From an uncultured virus (IMG/VR IMGVR_UViG_2657245113_000004) (taxonomy: Duplodnaviria > Heunggongvirae > Uroviricota > Caudoviricetes): a stretch of DNA of 20,000 bases. The first letter of the stretch is position 1. The number at the start of each line of letters is the position of its first letter. Positions 1 to 9,725 of the stretch are shown one piece after another. The notes under the pieces are model-generated. The model did no database searches, was not told where the DNA came from, and saw only the letters and a list, made by a program, of their open reading frames with translations. The stretch is from IMG/VR virus record IMGVR_UViG_2657245113_000004, positions 49,322 to 69,321 of that record; one strand, given 5' to 3'. The position numbers were made by a program, and so were the translations under genes.

Positions 1-1
1 C

Positions 2-3000
2 TCTAATGAGGGCGTTGTGGCGTCTGGTGAGCAGCAAGTCGGTGAATTAAGACTGCATCTCGGCAAACCCTTCAACAGTGAGAAAGTCGCTAAGTATTCC
101 AAATGGGGCAGGATGCCGGGTGCCACGATTGAACCGGTAGGAAAGGGGTATGGTGTCCGCTTACCCGTACCTGAGCCAGTGGGTCAAGCCAAAAACAGGG
201 ACGCCAAAATTGATGATTTTGGTGAGGAACTTAAGGGGGCGGCGAAGCATAAATGGGGCCAATTGGCAGAGTCACTGAAAGCCGATCATGATATTGAAGA
301 AATTAAGAAACAGCCTCTTTCGAAACTATTCCCGCACCCTGATTACACCAAAATGCATGAGAATGGCATTGAACCAGAGAAACTGGCATTGCTTGCGGCA
401 TTACGTTCGTTTATCCCCACCAAGCCGGGATCCCCTTATAAGCTTAATCAGTGGGCTGAACAGGTTAAGGGGGTTCGTGATTTAGCGAGTTCCATTATCA
501 ATAGCCATGCGAGTGTTGACGATATAAAAACCATTTTCCGCAGTAAGTCCTCCTTACGTTCTGCCGCAGATGCTATTGACTTAATCTCGCAGTTTAAGCC
601 TGAGCATATGGCCGAAGCGTCAAAATACTCAATTCGTTCCGGCCATTACACTTACTTTGATGGCAAGAGCTATCCCGGTGGGAAAACCCTATATGAGCTG
701 GTTACCCCTGGAGGGATGAAAACTGATATTTCAGCGGGTTCAATGCCGGAGCTATTACCCAAAGCCAAGGAATTTATTGAGACCAAGATTAATAGTGATA
801 AAGGAGATGACGCGCTTAAACAGGCTCAGTTAACGCCTAGACAGGCTAAGTTAGAGATCTATACCCGACGGGCAGACAAGAGTGTGTTTATTGGCTACAA
901 AGGGGCCATGGGCGTGTTACCGCTTAAAGCTGGCTTCAAAACACCTATCGAAGCACGCGCTTATCTGGCAGAGAATCGCGCTGAAATTGAAGCCAAACTG
1001 GATAAATTACGCAAAGTCTCTCGCGAGGAACAACGCAAAGCGACTAATGAGCCACGTACTGGTATTGAGCGTCGTAAGGGTAATGTGACGCCTGAACAAT
1101 TTAGTGATGCCTTCGGCTTCCGCGGGGTGCAGTTTGGTAACTATGTTGAGGGGCCACGCCGTCAATCTGAATTAAACGACGCCTATGACTCCCTGATCGA
1201 TATGGCCGAATTACTGAGTGTGCCGACCAAAGCCCTCTCTCTCAATGGTGAATTGGGGCTGGCATTTGGCGCACGGGGTAAGGGCGGGACCAAAGCCCAT
1301 TATGAGCCTGGGCAAGTGGTTATCAATCTAACCAAAGGTAATGGCGCAGGCTCACTTGCACATGAGTGGTTCCATGCACTGGATAACTATTTTGGTACCT
1401 ATGATGTCCATGGCGAGTCGTCCGGTAAGCGTTCATCTGAATTTATTACCGATCGTATACGACCTCGTTATGAGTTTAGCAGTGGTAAAAGGCAAGAGAT
1501 TACTCATCCGGTCAGGCAAGAGGTATATGACGCCTTTAAGAGCGCAGTCATGAAAGTCACTAATAGTGGAATGAGGGAACGGGCGGCAATACTGGACAGT
1601 GGGCGAAGCAAAGCATATTGGACAACTAAACTGGAAATGTCAGCGCGAGCATTTGAACGCTATCTGCTGGATAAAGCCGAGAGTAAAGGTATCACTAACG
1701 ATTATCTGGTTAACCTGCGCAAAGCTGACGAACACGCAAATCCTAAAACCTATGCTTATCCAACCGAAGCTGAATTAAATGGCGGCGTGCGCCAGGCATT
1801 TGATCACCTATTCCAAACCCTCAAAACCAAGCCAACCGATAAAGGTATCACTTTCTACTCGCGTAAGGGTACTGACATTGGCAAAGGCAATGTGATTTCA
1901 GATACCGGTCACACTGCTGCTGGCGACAAACCCACTCAGGGAATAAGGCAAGGGCGGGCTCAAGTTATCTCTGATGTCTGGGTGCGCAATTTGAATGGTG
2001 CAGCCAAAATTAAAGTTAAGGTAGTGCAAACCCAAGCTGAAGCGGCTGCCATGATGCCGAGCGGGATCCCGAAAGAATTCGGCATTGTCCATGCCATTTA
2101 TCAACCGGAACTCAGCCGGGTGATTGTGGTAGCGGATAACATTACTTCTGATCGCGAGCTTCGGGCTAAATTGCGTCATGAGGTCTTGGCGCACCATGGG
2201 CTAGCTTCCGTCATTGGCGATGTGGAATATGATCGTATCATGCGAGTGTTACATCAAACGCGCGACAGCAAAAATAAAGAAATTCAGGATGTCTGGCGGG
2301 AGGTCGATAAATCATATCGTAATGAGTCTCTCGAAATGCAGGCTAATGAGTTTTTGGCTCACATGGCTGAGCGTTCAGAACTCACCGGCCTTGGAGCGAT
2401 GTGGGACCGTTTTGTTTCTGTGCTGATCAATGGATTGAAGAAAACGGGCATCATGAATGCGAATGACATTTCCCCAACGGAAATACGTAATATTCTGCGC
2501 ACGGTCGCCGGGCGCTTCAAAAAGACGGCTATGTATGATGGTGAACAGCCGGGAACGCGGGAGTTCGATAATACTTTCTCTCGGTCAGACGCACTGTATT
2601 CGAAACATGATGATGTGGGCCCACTCAAGCCATTACCAGTGGAATCCGAACAATATAGATCTGAGCTTGATAAAGCGATGCGTTCGTTACGGTCCGATGA
2701 CATAACGGTTTCAATAGGCAGAACACCGCCGGTACTCCGTGCGCTTGGCGCTCCCAATGTGGAGATGGTAATTTCTCGTGATACGGTACGTAAAGCGACC
2801 AATGGAATAAAACACAACGTACCGACTGAGGTCATTGAGCAGCTTCCTGAGCTGATGCATGACCCGTTAGCAGTATATCGCTCAGCAACACAGGATAACG
2901 CAATAGTTGCTCTTCTGGAGGCTCATGATGCAAACGGAAACCCGGTGGTTACTGCTATTCATATGAATGCAAAACGTGGGCGCTTGGAAGTTAATCGAGT

Positions 3001-5860
3001 TGCTTCAGTGTACGGCACAGTGGGGGGCATGGCGAAAGTTCAAGGTATGGAGGATGCTGGTTTAGCGTTATACCGCCGAGAAAAACAAAACCCCGATAAG
3101 CTTCGTTCTGTTGGGCTCCAATTGCCCAAGGAGAACACTTATCAGGGTTCAGAATCCCAATCTGGTACGGCCCAAGAGCTTCAATTGCTCAAACGCGGTT
3201 CACCAAATCAAGATTCAGTTGAAAATATACTCTCATCGACCGATATTCGCAAGAATAAGGCACTTTACTCCCGCACTGCTAACCCATCAATGGATGCTGA
3301 AACCAACCGCAAAATGGGCTTTAACGTTGAGCAGGGGTGGTTTGATAAGGCCAAGACTTTCTACGGCACCGTGACCAGCAAAGATAAAACGGAACTGAAA
3401 GCCTGGCTAAAAGAAACCGGCCGTAAACTCAATACTAAAACCTTTGATGGCATGGCTCCGCTGAAGTATGCCGAAGATGCCGCTGGTATCAATGATGCAC
3501 GAAGTTCTGCCTACATTGGAGCGCGTATGGCTGCCGGAGCAGGCTCTGTTACTGCTGCCACTTTAGAGCATGGCTTGCCGCGCTATAACAAAGCCGAAGG
3601 GATAATCGAGCGTCAATCCGGTACCGGTAAAGAGGATGCTCTTATGGGTATTCTCGACGGACTGGGAAACCATCGGGAAAACTTCTTTAAATGGATCGCC
3701 GGCCATCGCTCTGAACGACTGATGAAAGAGGGCAAAGAGAACAACTTTAATGCTGACGAAATTGCTTATATGAAAACCCTCAACCGGGGTAATGAGGCTT
3801 TATTCGAAGGTCAAAAGAAAAAGTATGATGCCTTTATTAAGTCGATTCTGGATCTGCAACAGGATATGGGATTGATTGATCCAGAAAGCCGCGCACAGTG
3901 GGAGGATGCCTGGTACTTGCCCTATTACCGTGAAGCAGAAAATGGTGAGGTGAAGGGGCCGTGGACCAGTAAAGGCATTGCTAACCAGAGCAGTACCGTG
4001 CGCAAGTTAAAAGGCAGCGATTTGACCATTAAGGATCCTATCGAAAACCTGTTTAACTACGTGGCGAAATCGGTCGATGCTTCGATGAAAAATGAAGCAA
4101 TGCGCAGGTCAGTGGTGAACCTTGCTGATACTGGTGTGCTGGAGGTGATTGAATCACCGAACAAGATGGACTTTGAGCGCATCGGCAAAGATGTGGTGAA
4201 GGTGTTTGTTGATGGGCAGGAAAAACTGGTACAGGTTAATGATCCTGAACTGTATCGCGCCTTTACCATGATTGACCTTGAGCGCAGTAATTCCACCTTT
4301 ATGAAAGCGGCCCGCCAGGCTAAAAAGGTACTGACCGTCAGCACCACATCAATGCCTGATTTTATCATCCGTAACTTTATGCGTGACTCTATTCATTCAT
4401 GGGCCATTAACAAAGATGGTTTTAAGCCGGTTATCGCTTCATGGGCCGGATTTAAAAAAGCATTACGCACTGATGATAGCCTGGTGGATATGATGTTTGC
4501 CGGTGCCACTTTTGGTGGTGGTTATTCGAATGTTTATGATCCGGCATCGACTGCTAAAACCATTCGTAGTGTTCTACGGCGTAAAGGTTACAACGATAGT
4601 CAGATACTAGAATTTGAGTCCTCAATCGCCCGCAACAGCAAAGAGGTGATGGGCAAGATTGAACAGGGTTTGCATAAATATAAAAATCTCAGTGAAGCAG
4701 CAGAAAACGCCAACCGACTGGCCACATATGAATCCGCCATTAAATCAGGGAAAAGTAAGGCGCAGGCAGCATTTGAGTCGCGTGACTTGATGGATTTCAG
4801 CATGATGGGGGCCAGTAATATCATGATAAACCTGAGTGATATGCTGCCGTTCTTCAACGCCCGGATGCAGGGGCTGAGTAAATTAGGCCGAGCTATCAAA
4901 GAGAATCCGCGCGAAGTGCTGAAACGCGGCGGCATGATCACCGCCGCCTCGCTGGCACTGATGGCGCTGAATTGGGACGACAAACGTTATGAAGAGCTAC
5001 AAGACTGGGATAAAGACACCTATTGGCATGCGTGGATTGGTGATCAGCATATCCGCTTTCCAAAACCGTTCGAGTTTGGCGCGATATTTGGCACTTTACC
5101 TGAGCGGTTTGTCCGCGCGCTGGGCGGTAAAGATACCGGGGCTAAATTTGGCAAGCTGGTGGCACATAACTTTATGGAAACGATGGCATTCAACCCTATC
5201 CCACAAGTCGCGATGCCGATTGCCGAGGCTTATGTTAACTATGATTTCTTCAAAGGTGGGCCGATTGAGAACATGGCCGACAGCAATTTGATGGCCGGGG
5301 CCCGTTATAATGACCAGACCAGCCTATTAATGCGTGAAATAGGTGAGGCGACCAATATGTCACCGAAGATGCTGGATCATATTGTGATGGGTTACACCGG
5401 CAGCTTGGGCGGCTATGTGATGGGGGCGACCAATCTTCTGATGCGTAACCTGAAAGACTACGGCGAAACCCCGGCCATGCGGTTGGATGAGTTACCGGTG
5501 ATTAAATCATTCTTCAGAGGTTCAGATCCGGCCAAGTCTACCCAGTTCACTGAAGATTTTTACCGCATGATGACCGAAGCCAACCAGATCAACAGCACTA
5601 TTAACAGCTTCCGTAAGCAGGGGCGTGGCGATGATGCTAATGAATTGATAGAGGAAAATAGAGGGAAATTATCGCAGCGTCAGGGGCTAACAGCGACGCA
5701 AAAGCAAGTGAAAGCACTGAATGCCCAGATTGAAATGATGAGGCGGGACCGGATACTAACAGCGGATCAGAAAAGAGAAAAAATTGACCGGTTGATGGCA
5801 ACCAGAAATAAACTGGTACAGCAGGCGGTGGAAAGGGTGAATCCGTATTTTAATAAGTGA
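2..5860 (+). CDS. Large phage polyvalent protein (LPD1-like, zincin-like, MuF-C-like and LPD38-like domains); 5' end outside the window
   Basis: The frame is open from base 2, with no stop before the GTG at 17. Motifs: FGFRGVQFGNYV...SLAHEWFHALDNY...EMSARAFE (LPD1-like), RHEVLAHHG (zincin-like), IGRTPPVLRALG...LPELMHDPLAVYRS (MuF-C-like), W..RFPKPFEFGAIFG (LPD38-like). Confidence 0.85.
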   Translation, partial: SNEGVVASGEQQVGELRLHLGKPFNSEKVAKYSKWGRMPGATIEPVGKGYGVRLPVPEPVGQAKNRDAKIDDFGEELKGAAKHKWGQLAESLKADHDIEEIKKQPLSKLFPHPDYTKMHENGIEPEKLALLAALRSFIPTKPGSPYKLNQWAEQVKGVRDLASSIINSHASVDDIKTIFRSKSSLRSAADAIDLISQFKPEHMAEASKYSIRSGHYTYFDGKSYPGGKTLYELVTPGGMKTDISAGSMPELLPKAKEFIETKINSDKGDDALKQAQLTPRQAKLEIYTRRADKSVFIGYKGAMGVLPLKAGFKTPIEARAYLAENRAEIEAKLDKLRKVSREEQRKATNEPRTGIERRKGNVTPEQFSDAFGFRGVQFGNYVEGPRRQSELNDAYDSLIDMAELLSVPTKALSLNGELGLAFGARGKGGTKAHYEPGQVVINLTKGNGAGSLAHEWFHALDNYFGTYDVHGESSGKRSSEFITDRIRPRYEFSSGKRQEITHPVRQEVYDAFKSAVMKVTNSGMRERAAILDSGRSKAYWTTKLEMSARAFERYLLDKAESKGITNDYLVNLRKADEHANPKTYAYPTEAELNGGVRQAFDHLFQTLKTKPTDKGITFYSRKGTDIGKGNVISDTGHTAAGDKPTQGIRQGRAQVISDVWVRNLNGAAKIKVKVVQTQAEAAAMMPSGIPKEFGIVHAIYQPELSRVIVVADNITSDRELRAKLRHEVLAHHGLASVIGDVEYDRIMRVLHQTRDSKNKEIQDVWREVDKSYRNESLEMQANEFLAHMAERSELTGLGAMWDRFVSVLINGLKKTGIMNANDISPTEIRNILRTVAGRFKKTAMYDGEQPGTREFDNTFSRSDALYSKHDDVGPLKPLPVESEQYRSELDKAMRSLRSDDITVSIGRTPPVLRALGAPNVEMVISRDTVRKATNGIKHNVPTEVIEQLPELMHDPLAVYRSATQDNAIVALLEAHDANGNPVVTAIHMNAKRGRLEVNRVASVYGTVGGMAKVQGMEDAGLALYRREKQNPDKLRSVGLQLPKENTYQGSESQSGTAQELQLLKRGSPNQDSVENILSSTDIRKNKALYSRTANPSMDAETNRKMGFNVEQGWFDKAKTFYGTVTSKDKTELKAWLKETGRKLNTKTFDGMAPLKYAEDAAGINDARSSAYIGARMAAGAGSVTAATLEHGLPRYNKAEGIIERQSGTGKEDALMGILDGLGNHRENFFKWIAGHRSERLMKEGKENNFNADEIAYMKTLNRGNEALFEGQKKKYDAFIKSILDLQQDMGLIDPESRAQWEDAWYLPYYREAENGEVKGPWTSKGIANQSSTVRKLKGSDLTIKDPIENLFNYVAKSVDASMKNEAMRRSVVNLADTGVLEVIESPNKMDFERIGKDVVKVFVDGQEKLVQVNDPELYRAFTMIDLERSNSTFMKAARQAKKVLTVSTTSMPDFIIRNFMRDSIHSWAINKDGFKPVIASWAGFKKALRTDDSLVDMMFAGATFGGGYSNVYDPASTAKTIRSVLRRKGYNDSQILEFESSIARNSKEVMGKIEQGLHKYKNLSEAAENANRLATYESAIKSGKSKAQAAFESRDLMDFSMMGASNIMINLSDMLPFFNARMQGLSKLGRAIKENPREVLKRGGMITAASLALMALNWDDKRYEELQDWDKDTYWHAWIGDQHIRFPKPFEFGAIFGTLPERFVRALGGKDTGAKFGKLVAHNFMETMAFNPIPQVAMPIAEAYVNYDFFKGGPIENMADSNLMAGARYNDQTSLLMREIGEATNMSPKMLDHIVMGYTGSLGGYVMGATNLLMRNLKDYGETPAMRLDELPVIKSFFRGSDPAKSTQFTEDFYRMMTEANQINSTINSFRKQGRGDDANELIEENRGKLSQRQGLTATQKQVKALNAQIEMMRRDRILTADQKREKIDRLMATRNKLVQQAVERVNPYFNK

Positions 5861-5866
5861 ATTGAA

Positions 5867-5896
5867 AGGGAGTTTGGAAGGACTCCCTGATTTATT
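5867..5896 (+). terminator. Probable intrinsic terminator after the polyvalent-protein gene
   Basis: AGGGAGT (5867-5873) pairs with ACTCCCT (5882-5888), followed by GATTTATT. Confidence 0.5.
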
Positions 5897-6117
5897 AACT
5901 TTTGGGTAAAGTGATTTTGTTATGGTTATAGATGGTTTGGCTTGCCAATTCGATTGCAGCCTCGCCTGAGTGTAATTAGATCTGACAGAAGGCTCTGTGC
6001 CAAAAGAGTACTTAAGAAAATGGTAAATCTACATTAAGTGCGGCGCTATAATTCTTCTGATTCAGATAGACATGCACGTAAATTCATTTTTGTGAAAGTG
6101 ATCTTTAAAAGAATATA

Positions 6118-6222
6118 AATCAATGTGTTATTATGAAATTGTGATACTACAGCATTATATTAAACTACACATGTGTACTCACAAAATTTTGGGACTGGTC
6201 TTGTTGACTGTATAAAAAGGAG
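6118..6222 (+). promoter_or_regulatory. Putative independent promoter and RBS for the cargo operon
   Basis: IHF-consensus AATCAATGTGTTA (6118-6130); TTGTGA (6139)-16 nt-TAAACT (6161); SD AAAGGAG (6216-6222). Confidence 0.4.
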
Positions 6223-6227
6223 TGATT

Positions 6228-7301
6228 ATGTGTGAAAATCCTATGGACAATAATGAATCCGAACAAAAAAATGCTATACAAGAACAAATTGCAGAAATTC
6301 TTGTGGGCTATGAACTTGCCCCTCGGCAGGGGATGAACTCAGTACATGTAGGTCGCTGGATTGAGCAATTTGAGGAAAGAGACAAACTTTTCATTCTTGA
6401 GCAAACGCTGGCGTTACTTCGAAATGCATATATCAACAAAAATGATTATGTAGAAAAAATTAATGATATTCTCAGGAGTGAGAATAATAGACCTATTATC
6501 CACGAATCAGCATTCCTTAATATACAAGAAACAAATCGTGGGACTAGTCAGATTAATTTACTGGAACTTTTAGAAACCCAAGCAGAGGGATTCGAAGGAT
6601 TAGGTATAGTTACCTTATCAAGAAATTCCAAAAACAAAAGAGTTGCACAATTCAATAAATTCATTTACTTCGACGATGTTTGTTTTTCAGGGAACAAGGC
6701 TTTTAGCGATATTACTTGGTTTGTAGAACACTTTAACCTAAGTAATGTGACTATCCGCGTGTGGTTCCTAGGGACTCATAGATATGCAACTTATATGCTA
6801 GAGACAACTCTTGCGGAAAGGTTTCAAGGGCGAAATATCAGACTTATTATCAAAAAAAACGGATTCATCAAAACGCGCGAAAATCGCCTTAGTTATTCCT
6901 CATCTTCTGAAGTTTTCTGGTTACGTAGTAATGGTATTGACCTACCAGACTGGATCCAACATCCGGCGATCTATACATCGCGCAAAGGCACTGAAAGGAC
7001 CCATTTTAGGCCAAACGACATATTCCTCAAGATGGCTGATCGCTATCGTTTTGAATATGCACTGACAAAGGCTGGTTTTTATATACTTCAGCAAAGTCAA
7101 AATCCCGCTCCGATTCTCAAACCTCTCGGCTTTTCAACATTCCCTGGACTAGGGTTCGGTGGAACCATTTTCACTTATCGAAATTGTCCAAATAATACTC
7201 CATTAGCTTTCTGGTGGGGAAGATATGAGCGCGATGGGATCCCAAACTGGGCACTGGATTGCTGGTATCCATTGATGCGCAGAACCGGGTATAATCAGTA
7301 A
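6228..7301 (+). CDS. Phosphoribosyltransferase-fold protein (PRTase conflict-effector-like), putative toxin/defence effector
   Basis: PRPP-binding-loop-like FIYFDDVCFSGNK (hhhhDDhhxSG). C-terminal PLGF...GFGGTIFTYRNCPNNTPLAFW is typical of this divergent PRTase group. The ATG at 6228 lies 5 nt after the SD; the ORF track start is the GTG at 6222. Confidence 0.75.
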   Translation: MCENPMDNNESEQKNAIQEQIAEILVGYELAPRQGMNSVHVGRWIEQFEERDKLFILEQTLALLRNAYINKNDYVEKINDILRSENNRPIIHESAFLNIQETNRGTSQINLLELLETQAEGFEGLGIVTLSRNSKNKRVAQFNKFIYFDDVCFSGNKAFSDITWFVEHFNLSNVTIRVWFLGTHRYATYMLETTLAERFQGRNIRLIIKKNGFIKTRENRLSYSSSSEVFWLRSNGIDLPDWIQHPAIYTSRKGTERTHFRPNDIFLKMADRYRFEYALTKAGFYILQQSQNPAPILKPLGFSTFPGLGFGGTIFTYRNCPNNTPLAFWWGRYERDGIPNWALDCWYPLMRRTGYNQ

Positions 7302-7303
7302 CT

Positions 7304-7915
7304 ATGAGCTACCGAATTTATCCAAACAATGAGACAGTCAGTTTCAGAAAAACGACGGAAAAATGGGGCGGGCTATCTAACATGGCGCGAGGATTTCCGC
7401 TGTATGTTAACGATATTCCTATCCAGTCTAGTGAAATCCTCTATCAGGCCTGCCGTTACCCAGACTATCCGGAAATACAAAAGGAGATAATCACCCTAAG
7501 CAACCCCTTTGAGGCGAAGCAAGTAGCCAGATACTATGAGCCGAAAACACGTGATGGTTGGGAGAAAAATCGAGTCTCCATAATGAAATGGTGCGTCCGC
7601 ATAAAACTTTGCCAAAATTGGGAGGTTTTTTTTCAACTCCTTAATTCTACTGGTGTTATTAATATTGTTGAACATTCTGAAAAAGACCTTTTTTGGGGAG
7701 CTCGTCGTGAATCAGATGGCAGCTTTTACGGGATGAATGTACTTGGTAGAATACTCATGGAAACTAGAGAAATAGCTAGAGCTCGTGGGCAAGAAGGTTT
7801 TAAATTTATCCCCGCTCTGCAATTGGATAAATTTCTGCTGCTGGATGAACCGATCAAAGGTACTTTTGCACTAAAACCGGGGCCAGCCTCTGGGCAAACC
7901 ATGGAATTGTTTTAG
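7304..7915 (+). CDS. NADAR (YbiA-like) N-glycosidase family protein
   Basis: NADAR motifs WGGLSNM, SSEILYQACRY, W...R..IM...KL.QN, LL.STG...IVEHS..DLFWG and G.NVLGRILMETRE. Starts 2 nt after the PRTase stop. Confidence 0.9.
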   Translation: MSYRIYPNNETVSFRKTTEKWGGLSNMARGFPLYVNDIPIQSSEILYQACRYPDYPEIQKEIITLSNPFEAKQVARYYEPKTRDGWEKNRVSIMKWCVRIKLCQNWEVFFQLLNSTGVINIVEHSEKDLFWGARRESDGSFYGMNVLGRILMETREIARARGQEGFKFIPALQLDKFLLLDEPIKGTFALKPGPASGQTMELF

Positions 7916-8115
7916 CCAGTCACTAGTTCTGCTGCAGCAAGATACATTTGTTCTCGCTTCCTTACAAAAGCGATATTACGGTTAATAGCCCCTTCGGATT
8001 ATAAATATACACCGTACAGCTTTAGCGCACTTTGCCATGCGGCTTGATAGGTCAACATGAATTGCCAAGGATGGTCTAAAATTTCCGAACCAGAGTAGAT
8101 TTAATAGCAGGTAGT

Positions 8116-8139
8116 AAAAAGCCCCTTTCGGGGCTATTT
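8116..8139 (-). terminator. Terminator (possibly bidirectional) between the convergent cargo operons
   Basis: AAAAAGCCCC-TTTC-GGGGCTATTT hairpin overlapping the stop codon of the 8134 gene. Confidence 0.7.
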
Positions 8140-8703
8140 GGCTTTGAGAACTACGTTCCCCATGGCTTGCTGCTGGGATCTTGAGCGGTGCGAACGCCTG
8201 ACCATGCCGCCAATCTTCCCGTGAGCTACAACCAGAAGCATCTGCCCAGATTTAGCATCATAAGAAAAGAGCTGGCCGTCTTTTGGCACCTCCTGAGAAC
8301 TATCTTGTCTAATGGGTACAGCTACCATAACGTGCATCGGATGACGGATTGAAGTCTCTACCGAAGTGGCTGTTACGCTTTTCCGACTACCAATCCACGC
8401 AATCCATGCACCAGAATCCAGGCGTTTAGCTCCTAGGTGGCCAGCGCGTAGTGGCTGAAATAGTACGTGTCTCATTGGCCGATCTGCAGCAATATGAGTG
8501 AGACTCTGCCTTTCCTCTACTGCTTCCGCTTTAGCCTCTTCTACGACATTAGCCGGTACTATTCTGCCTTGATACATCACGTACTCGCCAGTATTAAGTT
8601 TACGCTTTGTTATGTTGGCTGAAGTCTTTTTCAGCTTACGATTCAACGATGCATAAAGCTGATCGCCAGGCGGGAATTCAGTAGTATTTCGTGATGATTG
8701 CAT
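8134..8703 (-). CDS. Hypothetical basic protein (prophage cargo)
   Basis: ORF with a strong SD (AAGGGAGG) before the ATG at 8703. Overlaps the upstream gene and ends in a terminator. No family recognised. Confidence 0.6.
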   Translation of the reverse strand: MQSSRNTTEFPPGDQLYASLNRKLKKTSANITKRKLNTGEYVMYQGRIVPANVVEEAKAEAVEERQSLTHIAADRPMRHVLFQPLRAGHLGAKRLDSGAWIAWIGSRKSVTATSVETSIRHPMHVMVAVPIRQDSSQEVPKDGQLFSYDAKSGQMLLVVAHGKIGGMVRRSHRSRSQQQAMGNVVLKAK

Positions 8704-9235
8704 AACCCCTCCCTTGATCACCTAATTTATTAAAGTTGGACGTAGAAGGTATTACCTTGAGCTTAATGTTTCGGTCAGAGTCAAATCCGAGAGCCGTATC
8801 ATAAATGCTTAGAAGTTCTTTCCTTGCAGCATACCAACAGTAAAGCCCAGCCTTAGTTACATTATAATGGTCATAAACTGCACAAGCAACCTCAGACACT
8901 AAATCCTTTATAGCCTTATAATCAAGTTTAACATGAGCGAAATCATTTTCTTCATCGGCAAGGTCGAATGTTACCACCCAAGCGCCACTTTTAGGAATGG
9001 CAAGGGGATGATTACTGTAGATCATCTCACCTAAAAGGCTGTTGAGTACAGATTGCTTTTCGATCTTTACAAAACCAATAGTATAGAAGTGACCGGATTC
9101 AGCTTTTCCAACCCAAAATTGTCTGGCAACCAGCTCTCTTGGCTCATATTCAGAGCTGAAGTTGTATTGGTCAAACTCGTCATGTTCGGTAACTTCCGTC
9201 TCGTCTTCAAAATCATGCCAATTCCAGCAGTGCAA
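8678..9235 (-). CDS. Hypothetical protein with acidic N-terminus (prophage cargo)
   Basis: 185-aa ORF, TTG start preceded by GGGGTG, globular alpha/beta pattern. No family securely recognised. Confidence 0.7.
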   Translation of the reverse strand: MHCWNWHDFEDETEVTEHDEFDQYNFSSEYEPRELVARQFWVGKAESGHFYTIGFVKIEKQSVLNSLLGEMIYSNHPLAIPKSGAWVVTFDLADEENDFAHVKLDYKAIKDLVSEVACAVYDHYNVTKAGLYCWYAARKELLSIYDTALGFDSDRNIKLKVIPSTSNFNKLGDQGRGYAIITKYY

Positions 9236-9348
9236 AATTCACCCCAAGTCCTTTTATCAAATGGCATTATTTAACCAAATAATCAATTTTTAAGCAATTC
9301 GACCAATGTGTTGCATCCGGCGATTAATCTACATTACACCATCAATAA

Positions 9349-9561
9349 TTATTTGAAGGCGTCATTCACAATGACGAACAGAACCAATAACAGAATAAAT
9401 CCGATGATCCCTAAAATGATGCTGGTATTACTATCCATGTGCATATTGCCTTTACCTGCTAACAGGTAAGCAGCGATAACAAACGGGACACAGAGAGCAG
9501 GGTGAATGGTGATCATTACTGCGGCTAGTATTAGGCTGACTATAAATAGTGTCGATATCAT
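9349..9561 (-). CDS. Small membrane protein (2-3 TM) next to att
   Basis: 70 aa, highly hydrophobic, GAGGG SD before the ATG. Confidence 0.65.
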   Translation of the reverse strand: MISTLFIVSLILAAVMITIHPALCVPFVIAAYLLAGKGNMHMDSNTSIILGIIGFILLLVLFVIVNDAFK

Positions 9562-9725
9562 GTTTCCCTCATTTTAGCGCCCGAACTTTTCCCGAGTATT
9601 TTCGAAATAGATAATAAGTATATGATCATGTTGATCTTTTAAAGACGGTGTCAAACGCAGACTAAAGGTCATAACTCTGATTATCTTATTGTTTTATATA
9701 GATAAATTTAAGAATTCTCACCTTT

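Noticed and set aside
288..5291. Short alternative-frame and antisense ORFs inside the giant gene, and similar ones inside the ABC-F, repressor, acetyltransferase and lysozyme genes
   Set aside because: Shadow ORFs with no motifs.
6228..7915. Canonical DarTG1 or ShosTA
   Set aside because: The partner of NADAR shows a PRTase motif rather than DarT ART motifs, and there is no DprA-like ShosA gene.
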